38,635 nt of DNA from an uncultured Opitutales bacterium (lineage in GTDB: Bacteria > Verrucomicrobiota > Verrucomicrobiia > Opitutales > JABDGR01). A program made the translations under genes and the position numbers. Shown here one piece after another: positions 17,657 through 25,464 of this stretch. The stretch covers positions 1-38,635 of the forward strand of contig CAZCMU010000001.1 in the NCBI GenBank assembly GCA_964499725.1, given 5' to 3'. The first letter of the stretch is position 1; the number at the start of each line of letters is the position of its first letter. The notes below the pieces were generated by a model. It saw only the letters and a list, made by a program, of their open reading frames with translations, did not search any database and was not told the DNA's origin.

Positions 17657-18835
17657 GTGAGCAAGCCAACCGCAAATTCGGCCAGCCATCTTTCCGCCCG
17701 CGTGCGCAAGGATTTGGGGGAACGCGCGGCAAAAAACCGCCGGCGGGAATTGCGCGTGGCTGGGCCGGTGCGGATAAATCTGGCCGACAACGATTACCTG
17801 GGGCTGGCGCACAATGAAGCATTGAAAAATGCCGTGCATGCGGCACTGGCCACCGGGCCGGTGTCGGCTTCGTCCTCACCCCTCGTGCGCGGGTACCAGG
17901 ATGGACACGCGAAACTGGAAAAAATACTTTGCGCCTGGCACGGTTTTCCCAGCGGGCTGGTGTGGAACAGCGGCTTTGCGGCCAATCAGGCCGTGCTGGG
18001 CACGCTCGCCAAACCGGAAGATATTATTTTGGCGGACCGGCTGGTGCATCACAGCCTCATCGCCGGGACTTTAAAATCCAAGGCGAAATTCCGGCGCTTT
18101 CCCCACAACGATTTGGCGGCACTGGAAAAACTGCTGGAGGAAAATGGGCGGCCCGGGCGAATCGTCTGGGTCGTGACGGAGAGTGTTTACAGCATGGATG
18201 GCGACAGCCCGGACTTGGCGCGACTGGCAGAACTGAAACGGCGCCACGGATTTGTCTGGATGCTGGACGAGGCCCACGCGCTGGGCTGGTACGGGCCGCA
18301 AGGCCAGGGCCGGGCGGCGGAAACAGGCGTGACCGGCAGCGTGGATGTGCTGATCGGCACGCTCGGGAAGGCCCTGGGGGGCATGGGGGCCTACACGCTC
18401 TTTCGCGACCCGCAGTTGCGCGAGGCGCTGGTCAATCAAGCCGGTGAATTCATTTATTCGACCTACCTTTCACCGCTGCTGGCCGCCGCGGGCACGGCCG
18501 CGATTGGCTGCGCCAGCGAAATGGCCCCGCAAGCGGAAGCATGGCGTGCACAATCGCGGCGGTTTCGCGCGAAATTGGCTGCCCAGGGCTGGGACGCGCC
18601 GGACGGCGACTCCCCCATCGTGCCGGTATTGATTGGCGCGGACGCCCAAGTTGTTGCTTTGGGAAAATATTTGTCTGAACGCGGCTTTGCCGTCGGTGCC
18701 ATCCGCCCGCCCACGGTGCCGGTCGGCACGGCGCGGCTGCGCCTGTCCCTCAAGGCCAGCACGACCTGGGCGGAGTTGGAATCGCTGATTAACGGCTTGA
18801 ATGACTGGCGCAAACATAACCGGAAAAAGTCATGA
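17657..18835 (+). CDS. bioF: 8-amino-7-oxononanoate synthase
   Basis: It is an alpha-oxoamine synthase family member with NDYLGLA, VTESVYSMDGD, LDEAHALG, the PLP lysine in GTLGKALG, and IRPPTVPVGTARLRLSL. It has a GTG start. Confidence 0.92.
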   Translation: MSKPTANSASHLSARVRKDLGERAAKNRRRELRVAGPVRINLADNDYLGLAHNEALKNAVHAALATGPVSASSSPLVRGYQDGHAKLEKILCAWHGFPSGLVWNSGFAANQAVLGTLAKPEDIILADRLVHHSLIAGTLKSKAKFRRFPHNDLAALEKLLEENGRPGRIVWVVTESVYSMDGDSPDLARLAELKRRHGFVWMLDEAHALGWYGPQGQGRAAETGVTGSVDVLIGTLGKALGGMGAYTLFRDPQLREALVNQAGEFIYSTYLSPLLAAAGTAAIGCASEMAPQAEAWRAQSRRFRAKLAAQGWDAPDGDSPIVPVLIGADAQVVALGKYLSERGFAVGAIRPPTVPVGTARLRLSLKASTTWAELESLINGLNDWRKHNRKKS

Positions 18836-19458
18836 AATTACTCTGGATATCGGGCTGGGCGGTGCCGCCGACTTGGCTGGCCGAGCAGGCCCACGCCGCC
18901 TTCCCGGACGCGAAACATGACGCCGTGTCTCCCGCCGAAGCGACCGCGACTCTGGGGCAAAAAAAATATGACGCCCTCGGCGGGTATTCGCTGGGTGCGT
19001 TGTGGCTGCTGATGCATGCGGAGAAGCTTTCTGAAACTGTCCCCGTAATTTTACTTGCTCCCATTTTTTCATTTGCAGTGGAAAATGGCGATGGTGGCCG
19101 CATCACCTTGGCGCAATTGCGGTTGCAACGGAGGCGCTGCCGCCACGACCCCGCGGCCGCCGTCGCGGATTTTTATCGCCGGAGCGGATTGGAAAACATC
19201 GTGCCAGCGGTGAGTAATTTGACTGCCAGCCAAACCGCCGCGCTGGACACCGAACTGGGCTGGCTGGAAAACTGGCGGGCCCCGGCGCCTCCGCCAAAAC
19301 ATTGGCTTGGTTTCGCTGGCGAGAACGATGCGTTGCTCGATGCGGGTAAATTGCAGGAGAAATGGCCAGATTTACGAATCGTGCCGGCGACAGGCCATGC
19401 GCCCGGGCCATTGTTGCGCGCCGCGGCTGGAGAGTTTCCATTGAAGGCACGGCAATGA
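18832..19458 (+). CDS. Small alpha/beta-hydrolase, probable pimeloyl-ACP methyl ester esterase (BioH/BioG-like)
   Basis: This 208-aa ORF has a GxSxG nucleophile elbow (LGGYSLGALW), a candidate acid (FAGENDALLD) and a candidate histidine (PATGHAPG). The N-terminus LLWISGWAVPP resembles the BioG/BioH GWG..P block. It has ATGA overlaps with bioF upstream and bioC downstream. Confidence 0.6.
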   Translation: MKLLWISGWAVPPTWLAEQAHAAFPDAKHDAVSPAEATATLGQKKYDALGGYSLGALWLLMHAEKLSETVPVILLAPIFSFAVENGDGGRITLAQLRLQRRRCRHDPAAAVADFYRRSGLENIVPAVSNLTASQTAALDTELGWLENWRAPAPPPKHWLGFAGENDALLDAGKLQEKWPDLRIVPATGHAPGPLLRAAAGEFPLKARQ

Positions 19459-20183
19459 AGAAGGTCATTGAAAACTTTGATCGCGCGGCGGAACAGTATG
19501 AAAGCCAAGCCAAGCCGCAGGCGGCACTGGCCGCGACACTCGCGGAATGGGTTTTACCGGAGGAAAAAATCGGTCGCGCGCTGGAATTGGGCGCGGGCAC
19601 GGGACTTTTTACCCGGCGAATGCTGCCGTGGGCGGGGGTGTACACCGCCACGGATGCCGCCCCGAAGATGGTCGCGCTGGGGCGCGCGCATTGCCCGACG
19701 GCCAAGTGGCAGGTGCTGGATGCCCGAATACCAAGCGGTTTAGACCCCATCGATTGGCTGTTTGCGTGCAGCTTGCTGCAGTGGCTGCCGGAACCGCAGA
19801 CGGTCTTGCAGCATTGGCGAAAAATTTTGCAGCCCGGCGGTCGGATGGTTCTCGCGGTGTTGTTACCCGGCACGCTGGGCGAGTTGCATTCACTGCTGCC
19901 CGAGGTGAAACCGCTGGACTGGCATACCGCCACCGAATGGCGGAGCATGGTCAAACACGCGGGCCTGGCCATCGAACGCGAACAAACCTGGGAGAAGCGC
20001 AGTGTTCACGCGAACAGTCTGGAACTCTTGCGCGCGGTTCATGCGATGGGGCTGGCACCGCACCGATCCGTGGGGGCTGGACGTCTGCGAGCGGCCCTGC
20101 AAAGGTATAATCAAAGGCACGTCACTCCCGGCGGGGTCCAAGCCACCTGGCGGGCCTGGTTGGTCCGGGCTCGCGCCCGGTGA
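19455..20183 (+). CDS. bioC: Malonyl-ACP O-methyltransferase
   Basis: It has SAM-binding motif I (ALELGAGTGLFT) and the BioC-like opening FDRAAEQYESQA. I prefer the in-frame ATG at 19455, which overlaps the upstream stop (ATGA), to the track start at 19362. It is the last gene of the bio cluster. Confidence 0.8.
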   Translation: MKKVIENFDRAAEQYESQAKPQAALAATLAEWVLPEEKIGRALELGAGTGLFTRRMLPWAGVYTATDAAPKMVALGRAHCPTAKWQVLDARIPSGLDPIDWLFACSLLQWLPEPQTVLQHWRKILQPGGRMVLAVLLPGTLGELHSLLPEVKPLDWHTATEWRSMVKHAGLAIEREQTWEKRSVHANSLELLRAVHAMGLAPHRSVGAGRLRAALQRYNQRHVTPGGVQATWRAWLVRARAR

Positions 20184-20221
20184 ATAGCTGCCGCAAGGCC
20201 TTAATCGAGCGTGATTTACGT

Positions 20222-20250
20222 TTGACAAGCCCTCTATACAGGTAAAAAAT
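20222..20250 (+). promoter_or_regulatory. Sigma-70-like promoter candidate for mreBCD-mrdA (TTGACA-N16-TAAAAA)
   Basis: TTGACA lies at 20222-20227 and TAAAAA(T) at 20244-20250. It sits in the intergenic gap after bioC, about 40 nt upstream of the preferred mreB ATG at 20291. The track's upstream ATG at 20249 would fall inside the -10 element. Confidence 0.3.
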
Positions 20251-20290
20251 GGTTTATCGGGCTTCCTGCCCGTGTTTACTGATATTCCTC

Positions 20291-21328
20291 ATGTTCGGCT
20301 TCCTCGCTAAATATTTTCCGTTTCTTTCCAGTGACATCGGCATTGACCTCGGCACCGCCAACACGCTGGTGTACGTGAAAGACAAGGGCATTGTCGTGCG
20401 CGAGCCAAGTGTCGTGGCAATTTACACGAATTCGAAAAAAGTTCGCGCCGTCGGCTTGGAAGCCAAGCGCATGCTGGGCCGCACCCCGGTGGCCATCACC
20501 GCGATTCGGCCGATGAAAGACGGCGTGATCGCGGACTTCGACGTGACGCAGGAAATGCTGCGCTATTTTATCAAGAAGGTCATCACCTCCGCCTGGTCGA
20601 GCCCGCGCGTGGTGGTGGCAATTCCCTCGGGCATCACCGAAGTGGAACGCCGCGCGGTGCGGGACTCCGTGCTGAATGCCGGCGCGCGCGAAGTGTTGAC
20701 GTTGACCGAACCGCTGGCTGCGGCGATTGGTGTGGGCCTGCCGATTGACGAACCCGCCGCGAACATGATTGTGGACATCGGCGGCGGCACCACCGAAGTG
20801 GCCATCATATCTTTGAAGGATGTCGTTTACTCCAAAAGCCTGCGCGTGGCGGGGGATGAAATGGATAACGCCATCATCAATTACATGAAGCGGGCCTATA
20901 ACCTGATGATTGGCGAACGCACGGCGGAAGAAATCAAGATCAACGTCGGTTCGGCATTTCCGCTGGAGCAGGAATTGACGATGGAAGTGCGTGGACGCGA
21001 TTCAGTCGCCGGCCTGCCCAAGACATTGCTCATCACCTCGCAGGAAATCCGCGAATGCCTGAGCGACACGTTCAATTCAATCATCGAGGTCATCCGTTCC
21101 GCGCTGGAGCGGTGCCCGCCGGAATTGTCCGCCGACCTGGTGGACCGCGGCATCGTGCTGGCCGGCGGGGGCTCGCTGGTGCGCAACCTCGACCGCCTGC
21201 TGAGCGAAGCGACCGGGCTGCCGGTGATTTTGTCGGAAGATCCGTTGAGCGCCGTCGCCAACGGCACGGGCATCGTGTTACAGGAACTCGACGCGTGGTT
21301 GATTGAGTCGAAGAATTTTGACGGTTAA
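20291..21328 (+). CDS. mreB: Rod-shape-determining protein MreB
   Basis: It has the actin-fold motifs DIGIDLGTANTLVY, MIVDIGGGTTEVAIIS and GIVLAGGGSLVRNLD. I prefer ATG 20291 (MFGFLAKYF...) to ATG 20249. Confidence 0.93.
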   Translation: MFGFLAKYFPFLSSDIGIDLGTANTLVYVKDKGIVVREPSVVAIYTNSKKVRAVGLEAKRMLGRTPVAITAIRPMKDGVIADFDVTQEMLRYFIKKVITSAWSSPRVVVAIPSGITEVERRAVRDSVLNAGAREVLTLTEPLAAAIGVGLPIDEPAANMIVDIGGGTTEVAIISLKDVVYSKSLRVAGDEMDNAIINYMKRAYNLMIGERTAEEIKINVGSAFPLEQELTMEVRGRDSVAGLPKTLLITSQEIRECLSDTFNSIIEVIRSALERCPPELSADLVDRGIVLAGGGSLVRNLDRLLSEATGLPVILSEDPLSAVANGTGIVLQELDAWLIESKNFDG

Positions 21329-21372
21329 ACGGCGGCTGATCCGCCCCAACGCTTTTCGCAGCCCCGCCCGCC

Positions 21373-22281
21373 TTGGCCTCGCCACGCGCCAGTCGAATTC
21401 GTCCCTTGCTGGGCCTGGCGTTCTTTGTCGCCGTATGGTGGCTGGCGCCGGTGGCCGTGCGCAGTTTTACCCGGGCCAGTTTTTCGCTGTTTGAGGCCCC
21501 GGGTGAGGTGGCCTATTCGCGACTCAAGGACCTGCAGGATTTCTGGGGCCTGCGCGACCATGGTCAAACCGAGCTGATTGAAGCCGGGCGCGATGCCCAG
21601 CGCCACGCCAATGAGGCTGACCTGCAATTGCAGCAGGCGGCGACCCTGGCCGACGACAACCAACGGCTGGCGGATCTTTTGCAACTGCCGCCGGAACCGG
21701 GTTTTCATTACGAGTATGCGCGCGTCATCCGGCGCGATGAAACGACATGGTGGCAGCAAATCACCATTCGCAAAGGGCGGCTGGCGGGGCTGGCCCCCGG
21801 CCAGGGCGTGGTGTTTGCCGGCGGCGTGGTCGGGCGCATCAAGGAGGTTGATTTTTATACCGCCGTGGTGGAACTGGCGAACAGCCCGCTCTTTCGCGTG
21901 GCGGCGAATCTGGGCAACGACAGCAGCCACCCAGCCATCTACCAAGGCGTGGATAGCGCGCCCTTGCAGGGGCCCGTGGGCGAGGTTCGCGATGTGCAGC
22001 AAGGGGTCACGGTTTTGCCGGGGAGTCCTCTTACCCTTGTGACCTCGAGCCTGAGTGGAGACTTTCCCGAAGGGCTAAGGCTGGGGACCATTGACCGCTT
22101 GGGACCCGGCGCAGACGGCCTGTTCCAGACCGGAGTGGTCAAACTCGATCCGCAACTGGCCAATTTGCACGAAGTCGCGGTGCTGGTGCCGGATGAGCCC
22201 AGCGCACGCGTGCCGACGCCGGTACCGGCAGCACCCCGCTCCACCGCGAATGTTCCGCGCCGACCCGGAGGCAAACCATGA
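21373..22281 (+). CDS. mreC: Rod-shape-determining protein MreC
   Basis: It has an N-terminal TM, a coiled-coil region (LQLQQAATLADDNQRLADLLQL), a beta-barrel domain (GQGVVFAGGVVGRIKEV) and a P-rich tail. Its position follows mreB. The start codon is uncertain (TTG). Confidence 0.8.
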   Translation: MASPRASRIRPLLGLAFFVAVWWLAPVAVRSFTRASFSLFEAPGEVAYSRLKDLQDFWGLRDHGQTELIEAGRDAQRHANEADLQLQQAATLADDNQRLADLLQLPPEPGFHYEYARVIRRDETTWWQQITIRKGRLAGLAPGQGVVFAGGVVGRIKEVDFYTAVVELANSPLFRVAANLGNDSSHPAIYQGVDSAPLQGPVGEVRDVQQGVTVLPGSPLTLVTSSLSGDFPEGLRLGTIDRLGPGADGLFQTGVVKLDPQLANLHEVAVLVPDEPSARVPTPVPAAPRSTANVPRRPGGKP

Positions 22282-22814
22282 AACTTAACCGTTACTGGCT
22301 GGTGCTCGCGACCTCAAACATCTTGCTGCTGGCACTGACGGCCATGGTCAATGACGGGCTGGCGGGATGGAGCGTATCTATTTTCCTGGCCGGCCCCTGC
22401 ATCGTCTGGCCGACCTTGCGCCTGGGGCCGGGCTACCTGCTGTTGTGCCTGATATGTTCCGGTCTGGCGGGTGATGCGCCGCTGCCGACACCGCCGGGAT
22501 TTCTGATGACTTTGTTTATGGGCGGGGCGTGCTTGATCCTGGCGAACCGGGCGCGATTGGGGCGGCTGCGACGCACGCAACAAATTGGGCTCGCGTGGCT
22601 GATGAACGGGTTGTTCTTTACGGTGTTCACGGTCTGGGCCATCCTGCATCATGGCGCGGCCACCAGAGCTTTTTTTGAACGCGCCGCCGTGGATTTTGGT
22701 CTTTCACAAATAATTGTCCTACCGGTCACCTTATGGTTTTTCGCCTTCCAGGAAAGCGTGCTCGGCCTCGCGGGATTGACAGCAATGCCGCCGCGAACCG
22801 ACGACGCCTTCTGA
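22278..22814 (+). CDS. mreD: Rod-shape-determining protein MreD
   Basis: It is a 178-aa polytopic membrane protein. It has an ATGA overlap with mreC and lies directly upstream of the PBP2 gene. Confidence 0.7.
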   Translation: MKLNRYWLVLATSNILLLALTAMVNDGLAGWSVSIFLAGPCIVWPTLRLGPGYLLLCLICSGLAGDAPLPTPPGFLMTLFMGGACLILANRARLGRLRRTQQIGLAWLMNGLFFTVFTVWAILHHGAATRAFFERAAVDFGLSQIIVLPVTLWFFAFQESVLGLAGLTAMPPRTDDAF

Positions 22815-22822
22815 ACCCGCAA

Positions 22823-24808
22823 ATGGCGGCGTATCAGCGCATGAACCCGCGGCTGTTCTCGCTCGCGGCGGTGCTGGCGTTGCTGTTTGTCGTGCTGTTG
22901 GGCGGGCTGGCCTGGCGGCAAATCCTGCAAAGCTCGGCCTATGCGGAGACGGAACGAAAACAAATCATGCGCCGGGTGCTGGAACCGGGGCCCCGGGGGC
23001 GGATTCTCGACCGCAAGGGCCGGGTGCTGGTGGAGAACCAACCGAGCTATTCGGTGGTCCTGTACGTGGATGAGCTGCGCGACGAATTCCACACCGAATT
23101 CAACCGCCTGCACAACCGATGGCTTGACCAGCACCACGACGACACCACGGAGGCCCGGCGCACCGTTGACAGTAACGAGCTGGAGCGCGAAGCCCGCGTG
23201 AATGTGGCCTTGCGGTATCTCAACCAGGCGAACACGCTCCTCAACCGTTCGCAGACCCTGGACGAGAAGGCCTTTCAGCGGCACATCGAAGATAACCTGC
23301 TGCTCCCCTACCCCTTGATTGAAAACCTGACAGCGGAAGAATACGCCCGCTTCAATGCACGCATGCCCGTGGAATCGCCCATGCAGACCAGGGTCGAAGC
23401 CATGCGCCATTATCCCTATGGCGCGCTGGCGGCGCATGTGCTGGGGTTTGTGGGCCTGACGAATGACATCAATGGCAACAATGTGCCGGGGGAGGATTTG
23501 CCCAAACAGGACAAATTTGCCCTGAGCGGCATGACGGGGCGGGATGGATTGGAACAGAGTCATGACCGCGAGCTGCAAGGCGAAGCGGGCGGAGAAACCT
23601 GGGTGGTGGACCCTGCGGCGGCATTGTACGAGCGCAAAGAGCAAAAAACGCCGACCGTCGGCGCGGATTTTCAATGCAGCATTGATTTGGATTTGCAGCG
23701 GGTGATGGAGACCGAGATGAGCAAAAAAATCCTCGACGGCAAATACGACATGGTGGGCGCGTCAGTGGCGATTGATGTAAGGACGGGCGAAATTCTGGCC
23801 ATGACCAGCAAGCGGGACTACGACTTGAATGACACGGTGCCGAACATCTCCACCACAACGTACGATGATATCAACGCCCGCGGGGCCTGGCTAAACCGCG
23901 CCACGCAGGGGCTGTATCCCGCCGGCTCGACTTTTAAATTGGTGGACACGATTGCCGGACTTCGGGCGGGAATGCTGGACGCAAACACGCATTTAGATTG
24001 CCCGGCATTCATCACTATCGGCGGCCGGGCATTTTGGGATGATTCGAAACTCGCCGCGGGAAACATTGATCTGGTCACGGCCATTGAAAAAAGCAACGAC
24101 GTGTTTTTTTACCAGGAAGGAATGACGATTGGGCCGGAGCGGATTGCCGCCGAAGCCCGGCGCCTGGGCTTGGGCCAACGAACCGGGATTGGCGCTGAAA
24201 TATCTGAAGCCGCCCAGCAAAACATGATCATTCCTGATCGCGAGTGGAAGAAACGGCACCGGCCCGGAGACGGGTCATGGTCCGACGGTGACTCGGCAAA
24301 TTTGGCGGTGGGCCAGGGCTACATGCAAATAACTCCATTACAAATGGCGTGCCTGGTGGCCTCCATTGCCCGCAACGAAACGCGGACCAGGCCAACACTG
24401 ACGCATAATCCAAATCTGGCGCCGGACTATGTGATGCATGACGGCGAAGCATTGGGCCTGACCCCGGAGCAACGCCAGTTGCTGCTAACCGCGATGACCA
24501 AGGTGGTCAGCGATGGCACCGGCCGGGGCGCCCAAATTCCAGAATTGCCCATGCTGCATATCGCCGGCAAAACCGGCACGGCCCAATGGGGGCCCGGCAA
24601 GGAGACCACCGTGGCTTGGTTCGTTTGTTTTGCCCCGGTGGAGAACCCGCGTATTGCCCTGGTGGTGACGGTTGAAAGCCCGGTCAAGGGCGCCGATATT
24701 TATGGGGGGATTTATTCAGCTCTTCCTGCCCGGGAGATTCTGCGCGAATATTTCAAGGACAATCCCGACGCCCTGCCCAAGACATCCTCCCCGGTGGCAC
24801 AGAATTAG
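22823..24808 (+). CDS. mrdA: Penicillin-binding protein 2 (elongasome transpeptidase)
   Basis: It has an N-terminal TM and the motifs SxxK (AGSTFKLVD), SxN (KSNDVFF) and KTG (GKTGTAQ). I prefer ATG 22823 (MAAYQRMNPRLF...) to the track start at 22733, which lies inside mreD. Confidence 0.9.
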   Translation: MAAYQRMNPRLFSLAAVLALLFVVLLGGLAWRQILQSSAYAETERKQIMRRVLEPGPRGRILDRKGRVLVENQPSYSVVLYVDELRDEFHTEFNRLHNRWLDQHHDDTTEARRTVDSNELEREARVNVALRYLNQANTLLNRSQTLDEKAFQRHIEDNLLLPYPLIENLTAEEYARFNARMPVESPMQTRVEAMRHYPYGALAAHVLGFVGLTNDINGNNVPGEDLPKQDKFALSGMTGRDGLEQSHDRELQGEAGGETWVVDPAAALYERKEQKTPTVGADFQCSIDLDLQRVMETEMSKKILDGKYDMVGASVAIDVRTGEILAMTSKRDYDLNDTVPNISTTTYDDINARGAWLNRATQGLYPAGSTFKLVDTIAGLRAGMLDANTHLDCPAFITIGGRAFWDDSKLAAGNIDLVTAIEKSNDVFFYQEGMTIGPERIAAEARRLGLGQRTGIGAEISEAAQQNMIIPDREWKKRHRPGDGSWSDGDSANLAVGQGYMQITPLQMACLVASIARNETRTRPTLTHNPNLAPDYVMHDGEALGLTPEQRQLLLTAMTKVVSDGTGRGAQIPELPMLHIAGKTGTAQWGPGKETTVAWFVCFAPVENPRIALVVTVESPVKGADIYGGIYSALPAREILREYFKDNPDALPKTSSPVAQN

Positions 24809-24872
24809 CTTTATCTTTGCCGGATTTATGACGTTCTTGTAACGAGAGGAAGGGCGCCCCTTCCCTGCTGCC

Positions 24873-25460
24873 ATGGTTGCCGTTCATTCCACAATGCTGC
24901 CCCTGGGCACGGAGGCCCCGGCTTTTGCCCTGCCGGACTGTGTTACCGGCCAGCAGGTGTCCCTGGCCAATTTCGCGGGCCAACCCGCTTTGCTGGTCGC
25001 ATTTATCTGCAACCACTGCCCGTTTGTAGTCCATGTGCGCGAAGCACTGGTGGCGCAGATCAAGGAATTCCAGCCGCGCGGGCTGGCGGCGGTGGCCATC
25101 AGCAGCAATGATATTCAAAAATATCCCGAAGACTCGCCCAGCCAAATGGCGGTGGTCGCCAAAAAATACGGCTTCACTTTTCCGTATCTGTTCGATGAGT
25201 CACAACGCGTGGCGCAAGCCTACCATGCTGCGTGCACGCCGGACTTCTATGTCTTCGACGCCGCGCGTCGGCTCGTGTACCGGGGGCGCTTTGACGACAG
25301 CCGGCCGGGCCGGCCTACTCCAGCCACGGGAGCGGATTTGCGCACGGCCATCGAAGCGGCATTGGCGGGGCAAGGCATCCCGGAGACAGCGCAAAAAGCC
25401 AGCGTAGGGTGCAATATCAAATGGCGGCGCGGCAGCGAGCCACCGTGGTTCACGACTTAG
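24873..25460 (+). CDS. Thioredoxin-fold thiol:disulfide oxidoreductase (AhpC/TSA-redoxin family)
   Basis: It has a CxxC-type centre in ALLVAFICNHCPFV, and the redoxin-like blocks TEAPAFALPD and TPDFYVFD. Length is 195 aa. Confidence 0.8.
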   Translation: MVAVHSTMLPLGTEAPAFALPDCVTGQQVSLANFAGQPALLVAFICNHCPFVVHVREALVAQIKEFQPRGLAAVAISSNDIQKYPEDSPSQMAVVAKKYGFTFPYLFDESQRVAQAYHAACTPDFYVFDAARRLVYRGRFDDSRPGRPTPATGADLRTAIEAALAGQGIPETAQKASVGCNIKWRRGSEPPWFTT

Positions 25461-25464
25461 GCGC

